From Neoechinorhynchus agilis (Eukaryota; Animalia; Acanthocephala), in NCBI GenBank assembly GCA_051530055.1, contig CM121341.1, positions 16,036,784 to 16,100,783 on the forward strand: a stretch of 64,000 bases of DNA. Reading direction: 5' to 3'. The notes under the pieces are model-generated. The model searched no databases. It saw nothing but the letters and a program-made list of their open reading frames with translations, and was not told the DNA's origin. Position 1 is the stretch's first letter; the number at the start of each line of letters is the position of its first letter. The position numbers and the translations under genes were made by a program. This document shows positions 47,646 to 58,700 of the stretch, piece after piece.

Positions 47646-49328
47646 TTACATGTTTCTATATTCAGCAAAAGAAGGCATCAGTGCTCGTGGAGTTGGCAAC
47701 GGGCTTTCCTTAAAGTATGAGCTCTTTAAGGCGTCTGAGGCGGATATCCTAAAGGGAAATATTGTTCCTTGCAATGAAAATATTTTAATGTTACCTTTTT
47801 GTGGGATCGTAAACAAACAATGAATTCAAAAGTGAAATTCCTGCATTCGAAACTTTTGGGAATCTTTGCCTTAAGTTATTGTAAGGTTGACGATCAATCT
47901 TAATTATCTTTACTACAGGTAATTCATCAAATCCCTATTTGTTAATCTAATTATGAACGAGAAACAAGTTCGTTTCTGACCGCCCAAATATCTGAATTTG
48001 GCGTTCCGAGGAGATTGACTATAAGGCTTAATTGATTGGTTTCGCTTTTCCCTGGCAGAAGAGGTTCGTTGGCTAAGAGTTCGCCGAGTATGCATCCACA
48101 GGCCCATATATCAACGCCGTTACCATAAGTGGTCGAACCTAAAAGATGGAGAATCATGTTTGAATGAAGACGATTGATATAATACCTAAAAGCAGTTCCG
48201 GTGCGCGGTACCAGAGAGTAACTACACCTGGAGTCATTGGTTCCAGTGGAAGTGCTAGAGATCTCGATAGCCCGAAATCTCCAAGTTTCACACGACCATC
48301 GTGCGACATTCAAACAGGACTTTTCATTTTCGCTTATGGCGCTAGTTGAGCAAAGTTGACATTTCATTTAAATATTAGAGCAACTTAAAGAATACTTAAA
48401 TAGATAAATGCAATATCCATCTATATTTACTAATCAAATGGAAATTCAAATATTCCAACTCAAAAACAAATTTTGAATTGAGAAGCTTAAAATGTTCCAA
48501 GTAGCACAGAAATCTAAATGCTTGAAAGTGCTTTAAATTTTTTACATGCATTTCATATGTGCATTCTGCATAGCAGAATATTTCCTATAAAAATTGGGAT
48601 ATCTATATTATTTAAACATTGAACTAAAAATTCCATTTTTTCAGTGCACGGTATAGTCAAAATAATTCAAACCGTGATCACAAAATTCAATAAAATTTAC
48701 AATTTAAAGGCCATATAAAATAGTCAATGACAAATCTTGTTATAGCAAATTAGACATTTTAACATCACGATGTATAATAAATCGACTGTGAAGAAACTCT
48801 ACGCCACTTAGAACTTGTAATGTTATGCATTTAACTTGTGATATTTCAAAGGGTTTTGGCATATTGTCAAGGAGGCTGGCAAGATCCTGCTCGCAGAATT
48901 CCATCACCAAATATACTTCATTCATACAATCTCCTACGGCTACATTCTTCAATTCTACAATATTGTCGTGTTTTAGATTAAGCAAAATGCCCATTTCAAG
49001 GAGACTACTTTGCGGGAATCCATCCGCGCATGGATAAGATATAGACGATTCCCGCGAAGATACTCTACTTGGTGTCATCCTAATCTTCTTCAGCGCTACC
49101 ATATCATTTGTCTTTTTATCAACAGCACGGCTCACAATGCCATAGGAACCCTCGCCCACGACATTCAAGATCTCATATTCAGATATTTTTCTAGTAAGTG
49201 TAGTCATTGATATTTAATTAGAAAGAATAATTTTGCACTTACCGACAGGAGTCATTGATCGATTCTGTCGATACAGGAACTGGTTTTAAAGTTTCAAACG
49301 AAAATAACAAAAGCTGGTGAGGTTCCAT
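47646..49328 (-). CDS. CDK10: Cyclin-dependent kinase 10
   Basis: MEPHQ...SCR|[82 protein letters not shown] and [13 protein letters not shown]. Four short canonical introns plus one 433-bp non-GT-AG interruption. Confidence 0.92.
48310..48742 (-). other. 433-bp TIR-bounded intervening sequence in the CDK10 catalytic region
   Basis: Separates ...AAT TTG CTA from ATG TCG CAC... A 13/16 inverted repeat lies at 48313-48328 and 48726-48741. Confidence 0.8.
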
Positions 49329-49424
49329 CTAAAAGCAGACTGTCATTCAAACTTCAACTTTTCAATAAATAAATAACAGGCGACGATTAAAAAAATGTTT
49401 TCTCTTAAAATTTTTTTTAGTATT

Positions 49425-49525
49425 TGATTAGATTAATTGTTTAGGTCTTCAACCTGTAAATAATTTTTTTTATTAAAAACGTTACGAACTTCGTCGTGTT
49501 CATGCCTCACATATCGACATTTTAG
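49425..49525. mobile_element. Deleted copy of the long-TIR MITE family, upstream of CDK10
   Basis: ttaggtcttcaacctgtaaat...cgaacttcgtcgtgttcatg joined to cctcacatatcgacattt. Confidence 0.65.
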
Positions 49526-50739
49526 TATTTGGCTTAAGATAGGGAACGAAGATCGCGACTAATTGTGAGCGAGTTCACATTGTAACATTGCATCCAAAAA
49601 GTTGTTCAAACAGTCCTCGACTTAGGTCTATTTCTAATCATTCCTTTGCACGATGACGACGCTGATTAATCTCTCTCGAAGTGAGCTCAGAGCGTTTGGC
49701 ACAATCGAGTTCCCGGCCGGCAGGATGCTCGATGAATGTCACGACGTTGAATACGAGGAATGGAGGAATCGGTGTGCCGTCCACTACATCGATCACAACG
49801 TCGCCATCACGCAAAGTCTGACAAAGATGGTCTTTTGTGCCAGGGTTCGTTAAAGCGTCAGGTTTTTTTGCTTTTAAAATTGAACAACTGTACCATTTGC
49901 AGAACTATTTTGTTCACCAGCGTACTTAGAAGAACAAGAACGAGGATAATCTTTTAAGACTACTAGCTCACTTGCGAAATATTTCGATCCAATGAAATAT
50001 GTTTTATCCGGGATGGTGATCGCCACAACTCCTACTTGAAAATGTTTCACTGGTTGTCTATTATAGGACAAAGCAGAACCCAAATTTTATTTAATGCGTT
50101 CTCCACCATATAATGAGCAAAAGAATTACTTCACGTTAGAATTTTTTAATATCCAAACGCTCAAAGTTTCGATAGGAACTAAGTAGCACATTTATCCTCC
50201 ATTGCCTCGAGAAATTTCTCTTTCTGAATCGTACAGCTGATTCTCCGATAAAAACAGTTTTTTCTTCTCAGATGATTCTGACAGAATGTTATATTTTCTG
50301 TCTAGATGAATGTTTCGAGGATCTCCTCTTTCACCTATACTGCTCTGTTTGGTCTCAAAATTTATAATGCAGAATTGTGGAGTTTGTAGAAATCACATTA
50401 TACACCGATTGAAAGCTACATCGCGGGCTAGTTTATCATCACTACTTATTTTTTACAAAATTACCTATCTCAAATGGGGTTAGACCTTAACGCCAGAAAG
50501 ATATAGTTCATTTTAAACTTCCATTGGGGTCGTGACTATAAAAAGATTTACCGCTCCTTCTTATAGTCATTTTACAAAGAATAATGAAACCCGAGAAGCT
50601 TTTACAAGTGACACAGGCCATAGTGAGATGTGTCGTTAAACTCGGCATAAAAAACAAAGATGTTAAATCCATCTAATACTCATGGGATATAATGGGCCTC
50701 GTTTTTGACCCTGGAGGCCACCCGCCTGAACAACTTCCC

Positions 50740-51100
50740 GATTTCATATGCACTTTTCTTAGATCTCCGAGCAAGCTCCCACAACCTTCGATACATACAA
50801 ATGACTAGGCCATCAAAGCATACAGGTCTTCATTTTTCAACGCCCAAGCAGAGGTTCCGTTGGTAGATAGAACGAAATCAGACGTTTCTAAATCACGCCG
50901 TCTAAGTTTAACTGGTAAAAATTAATAGAAAATCAGGCTATCATCACAACCTCCCAAATGTTCAGCACACAAAGCGTTTAGCACAGGGCCTATTTGCGAG
51001 GGCCGAAAACGTTTTGAGGAAACCGCCATTGTGTGGAAAACGAAGCAAAGGAAGTTAACCGTTTCTTAGCTAACCTTCATTGGAATCGTGCAATACACGG
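50740..51100 (+). mobile_element. Possible second Penelope-like remnant
   Basis: FLDLR...RPSKHTGLHF and KRLAQGLFARAENV...EAKEVNRFLAN resemble the PLE RT thumb region. Many stops. Confidence 0.35.
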
Positions 51101-51980
51101 AGACTAAAATGCTTTGTCCTCATAATTTGCTTTCCATCCAGTGACAAAAGTTTGGGCCAACAGTATCGGTCACCATAATAAAAAATTTATCACCAAAAGG
51201 GGCCAGAAACTCATTCAATTCCCCTAGACGAGCGTTAGCATTAAGTTTTACATAATCAGATCATGTCCATGCGAAAGATAAAACACTGACTGGGTTAATA
51301 ATGACAAAGGCTTGAGCCAAAATGCTCCCCGCAAGAGGCACAGATCCAAATAAGTCGTCGAATTATACGATTAGAAAGTGGGGTATTGAGGTGTAATAAT
51401 GTGGTGTGAGTCAGTAGATCTGATGCTTTCAACCACCTTTTGTGAATTATCATTAATTGTACGTTGGCGAAACCTGTCCCCGGTGTTGTCGTTACTCATT
51501 TATTTATTTGAGAAATATTTCGCAAGGTTTTCCTTGCCTCTTCAGTCTTTCCCGAATTCAAACGATATCGCAAACGCTCTTTCGTTCGTGGTAAATGTAC
51601 TTTATGCGGACTAATGTAGATTATACGAGCACAAAGATTCCTTCGACATTATGGGAACGAAAAAAATGAATTGAGAGATGTGTCGGGATCGAGAATGAGG
51701 TTGAAAAGCGATAAAATCGCTTGTGACCTATCAGCAACAGGGGCGCGAATGAGAGATCGTTCAATGAATAGGGGACCTGGTTTCCTGCAGCAGGTATTGT
51801 GTCTCGCTTTCTGTGCTGAACTAACTCCTAAGTTTTTTTTTTGCACTGGGTTGTACTCTGAGCGGTTAAAGCTCCTTTAATGCTGTACATCTGGAGTGAA
51901 AAACTAAAAGGATTTATTAGTTCCGATATTTTGGCAAAATATCGTCCCTATATCAAGGTTGTTTAAGTGTTTTTTACGCA

Positions 51981-52075
51981 AAGGCACAAGATTGTGCCGA
52001 AATGTCACATTTAATAAATTACTTTAATTTTCCGCCATAAACAAAAAGATGAATCTTCAAAACATTTTGATGTCG
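51981..52075 (-). repeat. Short repeat ending in a GC-rich hairpin (Helentron/DINE-like end?)
   Basis: aaaggcacaagattgtgccgaaat...cgccataaa also occurs at 54357-54460, with a partial match near 9075-9140. Confidence 0.5.
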
Positions 52076-52532
52076 TTCCTTTCTTCCCTCTTTTCACCGT
52101 ATTTTATCTTCCCAAGAATTAATCACGTCACTTGAGCGTAATCGATAATTTAAGCAATTTGATGCACGCGATAATAGGATGCTCTGAAGAATCAATACAT
52201 ACAATGCTTTAGAACGGTTTTTCATTTAAAAGAAAACGGATTATTTTATAAAATTAAACGCATTTACGTTCCTTTCCATCCGCTAACTACGATTTTCACA
52301 GCGTCATATCGGGCTTTAATTCTAAATTTCCTTATTTTGCAATGGTGTGTCTGAAATTTTTACTTCTCGCTAGACTGCTCAATAATATTTTGGACCAAAT
52401 ACTGTTTATCCGACAGCAGAGGAAGGAGAGAAGCTCCAAATTTGCGGACGGTAGTGATTGCACGTTTTGTGCTTTATTAATGAACCAAAAAAGTTTCCAA
52501 TAATTTACAGGCTCGACCCGTAGACGCCGTTC

Positions 52533-52822
52533 GCAGCCAGCAACATAAAATTCGCCACTGTTAAACCAGAGGAGCAGCAACCGCCAATGAGGACCGCAAA
52601 AGGACAAAATACAGGGACCTGGGTCGAAATCATTATTTTGTTTCCTTTTGGCGTCGAGACATTCGAGTTCCAAGAGATTGAGACGTATCACTGGCGATCC
52701 GAGGGCAGGAGCATTCCTCCTGCAAAACATAAGCCTGGTTGTTCAACGGCATAAATCTGTATCCGTCTTTTTGACCATTACATCAGGACGACAACTGAGT
52801 AATCCAGAGCACAGTCGTGAAT
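52533..52822 (+). mobile_element. CRE-clade 3' fragment (subfamily B)
   Basis: agccagcaacataaaattcgccact...caaaacataagcctgg.tgttcaacgg...gtcgtgaatg. Confidence 0.8.
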
Positions 52823-52987
52823 GTTAGAATCTAGTCAAATATCAATGCCTATTACTGAACTCATCTGTTTGCTTATAAGTTTTTGGTTATCAAAGGCGCC
52901 CGGAGTAATTATTATTATAAATTAGATCGAAATGTCTATAAGATGAAATGCATGTTTGTACCTTCTATCCGGTACATGTGGTCCAAC

Positions 52988-53287
52988 TTAATCAAGGGAA
53001 TAGATTTCTCGGATAAGAGCACAGGCCTTAAGTATATTAATCCTTTTCCAGTCTAAACCTAGTACGTCTGATGATGGGGCATTAATCCTGCCTAGCCAGT
53101 AGTGAGTTGGGTCTGGGAACAACGCTGCGAGAACATCTTTAGGATATACCGAACTGTCAGGTTCAATTTTGGTTATTGTTTGCAGGAGAACCCAACCTAA
53201 CAAGCTCTCCTGCAAACAATAACCTTCTCCGACCGGATATTCCCACCCGGCAGAGCCAGTAATCCACCCCCAAATCAACAATAACAT
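52988..53287 (-). mobile_element. Possible DIRS-type pol C-terminal remnant
   Basis: GWEY...VLLQTITKI...VLAALFPDPTHYW loosely fits the DIRS W...Y.PP..L..K...P.W pattern. Confidence 0.3.
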
Positions 53288-53930
53288 ATAAATTTAACAA
53301 ATCTGAACTCGAGTGTTTATGAGGGCCCATAGGTACAAGGGTCCTATTCTTTGTGGATTAAGAAATAAACGTGCTATTATAATAAAATCCGTGAGAGGCC
53401 CTGGCGTTATTTATGGTGGTTACTTAGATTGTAGGGAACCATGGGAGAAGACAAAAACCTAGGTGATTCGATACTTATGCTGGGGTTATTCAGCAGCCTG
53501 TTGCAATCTGCAGGGAGGAAAGTGGATTTATTGTCTGAATCGCTACCGGTTCTGTGCCGTATATCTTTCCAGTGATATCACGAGCCTGAAATTTAATTTA
53601 CGGCCCAACAGCACAATTTGCGTGCCCTATCGGCATTGCATATCTTGCATTTTGGTTGTGATCCAGAACATAATGGTTGCCTGGTTGTTCAAACCAGTAT
53701 CCGTGAGCATAGCCTAAGTCGCATTATTTGTCGCTGATTGTCTTTAATCTACATTCTGGAAATTGTTCAGTTGATTAAGATTGTTCATCAAAGTTGAAGG
53801 ATCAACGTGAATAGGTGATCTTCACTTGTGTAGCGTCGTTTATATACTCCCTGATTTATCATGAAAACATTGTATTTTTGAATTCAAGTGCACTTCTTAC
53901 TCTTGGTCAGAATTTTCGCGAGCACTGATA

Positions 53931-54033
53931 CTGCAAAACATAAGCCTGGCTGTTCAACGGGGGGGACGCTCTATCCGTCCTTTCGATCATTACACCGGGA
54001 CGACAACTGAGTGATCCAGAGCGGTGGCGTGAA
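53931..54033 (+). mobile_element. 3'-terminal remnant of CRE subfamily B
   Basis: caaaacataagcctggctgttcaacgggggg...gagcggtggcgtgaat. Confidence 0.8.
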
Positions 54034-54446
54034 TTATTGTCAAAATGCTTACCATAAATCGCTTTCTATTAATTTTTACTAGTAATTTGTATAATCTGTT
54101 GCACAAAATTAATCATCTTCGTGGCCTGCAGACACATATAATCCCATCGAGGAAAGCATGGTACCGACTGGGTTCAGCAAGTAACTCTCATTTGCAGAAT
54201 TCAGCGATTCCAACAAATTCTTGAGCGCCTCACATTCGTCAAGATCCTCGAGCTCGGAATGGTTTTAAGTCTCTGATGGCAGTGACGAACTGGTATATAA
54301 CAACATTATGTCTGTACTCTTTAAAATTGGTTGTTTCATGGCGAAGAACCTTGATAAAGGCACAAGATTGTGCCGAAATATCGGATTAGAAATAAAATCA
54401 TTTCAATTTCTTCGCCATAAAACAACCAATATGAACAGTTCAATCT

Positions 54447-54731
54447 TCAAACACGTTTTAAAATCTCATTTCGGTCAATAGAAGGACAATCATTCTTCAT
54501 ACTCCAAGGTTCCTCGGCGCCTTCAATCAATAGACTTCTGCCCTTGACAAGGCCACTGATCGCGCCAACCGCAGCCCAGTTTGGCGCCAAGTGTTCCCTC
54601 TGATTAAGTACTTTGATAAGAAGGATTCCAAGGGACGGCGGATACGCTCCGGGCTGCATTGACTTTGGAATACAGAATTTTGTGAATGCGTCAATTCCGG
54701 TTGCTTGTCGGCTTCGAAAGCGATCGTGCAA
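54447..54731 (-). mobile_element. DIRS (tyrosine-recombinase retrotransposon) pol C-terminal remnant
   Basis: ATGIDAFT...AYPPSLGILLIKVLN...APNW matches the DAF..W...Y.PP..L..K...P.W pattern found after DIRS RNase H. Confidence 0.55.
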
Positions 54732-55788
54732 ATGTTTCGTTTGCCTAAAAACGGGTGGCCCATTTTTACAGGGTATGTGATTTCAAAAAATTTCGAGCAA
54801 CATCTTAGATGTGTGTATTTAGTATTTTTGCTTTTATAATAAAAGGGATCCGATTAGTAAAAGGTATAGAGCAAGCAGTTCATCTTTTTCAGCCTGGCTT
54901 TTGGTAAAACCACAGTGCGACTCTGCTTCAGTGCTTTCATGCTTTTTGTACTCGTCGACCAATCATAGTTAGGAGCTGGAGATGATTTCCACGAGCTCTT
55001 CAGCAACAATAGATCGATTGTGATTCAATGGATATTAAAACGACGAGATTACAAATCTGCAGTTAGCTTCAACGCGATACTTTGCAACTTCGATAAATCA
55101 GACGTACAAAACCGTTACTTAATTGGCGTTCCAATCGAAGAAATATCTGCAAATACAACTAAGGTATTTCCACGATTAATTATTTTGTCCGTTCACGTGT
55201 CAAAACAAAGCGCTTGATTTTATCCAAAACACAAAAAGTGTTCACATTATAAGAGCACGAATCGAAAATTTAAGCGTATCATCGAAACTTCGTATCGAAG
55301 ATTTACACATTCAAGGATTCAATTTGAGTACTTTGAAGTCGGGATGTAGTAAAAACTTCCCTTCTTGGAAAATCAACTTGAAGATTACCTAATATCCAAC
55401 ACTGACCCGATCATTGAAATTTGTGGATTGAGAGAATAGCATATCGATATCGATCAACTTAAGGAAATTAATTCCAATAGAACAAAATGTATGGATCGAC
55501 TTTTAGAATTCTCTTCCTTTTGCAATCCGATAAAATCCATACGGATTAACGGAGCAAGAAATTTTAAGAATCTATGGAAAATTAATCTTGAATTTCGTAA
55601 TTATCTAGAGAAAACAATGATTGCCTTTGAAAACATTCCCAGGCTTAAGTGTCATTTTATCTAGTTCGAAAAATTCAGACTACGATGCGTCGAAATTGAG
55701 GAATATTCCAAAACTAAAAATACTCGATTTTATCAATGGGAGTTAACGCTATTCTCGATATAATGCAATTAATTATTAAAAGTCAACT

Positions 55789-58700
55789 TCAATCGTCCAT
55801 ATTTTGGGAGTCAGGCGCTGGATTGTTACTAACAGTTAATCCCTGGATAGTATTAAGAAGATTGGAATATTGATCGAGCTTGGCCTTCATAGTCTGTATC
55901 CTTTTCTGCTTCACCTGATTATCATGCTCACTAGACGACAGTGTGTTTCTTGCCTGTTCTAGTTGGCAATTAAGCTCCTGTGCTTTGCGAGAATCTTGTA
56001 CTCGTAGTTGATTATACGACGGTTGTGGAACAAGCGAAAACAAGAAACGTTCGATATAGAATGTGGTACGTGCTAAAGTGTGGATTGTAAAAATGCATCT
56101 GAGGATATTCTAAATCGCAGTAAAAGCATTTTGCTTGTATTACGTCTTTTATTTCATCCGTTGCATATTTCAAATTTGACGCAATGAGTTGTCATTTTCG
56201 TCCTATAAAGTATCTAAACTACACTAGAAACATTAAAAAGCACAAAAAAACTAGCAGCTGTCCGAACCAAATCCGTCGTTCTAAGTTCGTCAACAGCAGA
56301 AGAGAACTCATCCCTTTCGGCTTCGCATACCTTTAAATCATCTTCCAATTTTCGCAGTCGCCCTTCCAAATCCTGCATTCTGGATAAGAGACACTGCTTC
56401 TCTTGCTCAGCAGTCTGCCGCAATGACTCATTCGATGATTGCAGCCTCTCAATCTCTCCAGTCAGGTGACGAATTTTGCGGTTTAGGCCGGCATTTTGCG
56501 TTTTTATTAAATCTAGTTCATCAATCGCAGCCTGTCGTGCTTGCTCGGAAGCCACCCTCGCGCCGCTCTCGTACTCCACCCGTTTTTCAGCATCAGTGTA
56601 AGCTTCTTTTATGTGCCTCAACTCCACATTAGCAGCATTGTCCCGTTGAGTGACTTGCTCTAGTCTTTCCAGCAACTGAAGCTCGACACTTTTCACTCTG
56701 TGGATCTCACTTAGAGCAGAACTAAGCTCATCTGTTTTCATTTGCAACTGTCGTTCATACTCAAATTCTATTGCCTTACGAGCTTTTAGCAGACAAGAAA
56801 CACTCTCGTTTTCATCATTCCTATTCTCAGTACAAAAATTATTTGAACAAATGCTGCGAGCAAGATTATCGATTTCGACTGGGCCTAATTCGGATCGATG
56901 ACTTGCGACGAATAAAATCGTTCTAAGTGCACTTTGGATAACACCAAACTCGGAACCGTTGCTTAAAGCGATCCCTATGGTTTCCCATAATGCTGAACCT
57001 CCTGAAAATACACTCATATAGGAACCATCATCAGACCGTTCGTATTTTCGGCCTAAACGAAAGAGTTCCATTAATGCGCGAACGTATGGCTTACGAGTAT
57101 TCCAGGGGCGTCCAGAGAAATATGAAAGTCGTGATCGCAGTACCTGACATAAGTGGTCCATTTTCTTTTTTTCAATGTCGGCTCGTGATTCGTGATTACG
57201 ATCAATCGAAGCCGATAATATGCTCAGAGAATGTGCAATGCACTCATAATATGAATGATCATCTCCATCAAAACGGTGATTCAGAATCGTGTCAATAATA
57301 CGATCAACATAATCAATCACCAAAGCGGCTATCCGATCATCTATGCAAAACTCGGTCCTCAAGGTACTGAAGACAGAGAAACTAATAAACCTCAAAGATT
57401 TTATTATACAAGCGATGCTGAGTTAATCTACATCTTTATAATATAAAGGAATTCAGGGCACTATTACGGCCTTGTTGTAAACCTGCGAAACATTTAATAG
57501 CACAAGATTTTATAAAACAAAGGTTTGTCTGAACATTTATGAAGCTCAGTAATAACGATAATAGAGCGAAGCATACAACATAATAGATTTCCGAGCGAGA
57601 TTTAAAAAATCCGATCTGAACTAATCATTAGATTTAACTGCAAAATGCTGACGTTTTGAATTGCTCTGTTCCGAATAGAGGCCATTGTACACTTGATCAC
57701 AATCTTTAAATTAAATTTAGTTGGGAAGCCATGCTTTCGCTAGAAATACTATATTTTATTTTGGATCACTGCTTACTTCATCCTCTAGATGTAAAACAAT
57801 TCAAGGATTTTAAATATTTCTAAGTCAATAACAGATATAAAATACGAGGTTGATGCTTTTATTTAAATTCAAGCACTATTTAAAAGTACCTTGAAGGTCG
57901 AAAACCCGATCGAATGCGCTAGCTAGAAATCTGCAGATCTCAACACTATGATCTTCAGCAACTGACATCCATTGTCGATCTCGAAATACCAAATCGGTCA
58001 TCCGGATATCTTTGACTAGAAACAAGTTTAACACCTTCCAGATACTTTCCTTCTCTATTTTCTCTAGTCCTTTTTCATTAGAAACCCGAGCGGATAAAAA
58101 TTCAGCGACACCCCATAACTGACAATGATCGCATTGATCGACTAAGCACGCTTCTACAATGTTCAGCAGTTGCAAATGCGAACTCAGAGATGAAGATGAA
58201 TTGAAAACCGATTCAAATGCTTCGTTTGCACTTTTTCCGTCAGATGGATCGGTAGTTATAAGCCGATATCCAAGACTGACAGATCGATTCAATCGCATTA
58301 TTGCAAATACGCAACCGAGTTTGTATCGAGCCCGTGAGTTCTCTTTAGAAGATATCTTTGTCATTAAAGCTGAAATTAAATGGTCCCTATAAGTAAGCTT
58401 ATGACTATATTCAAGTAAATAATTGGATTTAAGTAAGATTCCAAGAATCGGCGTTAGTCGAATCCATCTAGGATCTTCAAGTATTTGAACGGAATTTTAG
58501 CGAGACAGGCTGGTTAAATTTCAAGTGCAATTCCGGCTAAGAATTTATTTCATTTTAACGAATGAGTGGCAAATAAGAGAGTTTTCTTAAATGTGTTTTG
58601 TTAATCGGTACGCCAGATTATGCAAACTTTCTTGGGGATGTTAATCTTCAATCGAATCTATGTGCTAAGAGGATCAGCTGAAGGGACAACGACCTTTGAA

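Noticed and set aside
48301-48745. U12 AT-AC intron or inverted canonical intron in CDK10
   Set aside because: There is no ATATCC donor, the AT...AC join is out of frame, and the inverted-intron join drops four conserved residues.
49653-49957. GC-richer patch with short ORFs, possible LTR pol remnant
   Set aside because: No diagnostic motif could be aligned convincingly.
57777-57819. TAG read as a sense codon (would rescue a 43-nt internal exon and some broken frames)
   Set aside because: The 2-3 kb ORFs (protocadherin, LRR, CRE) contain no in-frame TAG, so TAG is not a regular sense codon. Read-through also does not fix the E(z) or CDK10 breaks.
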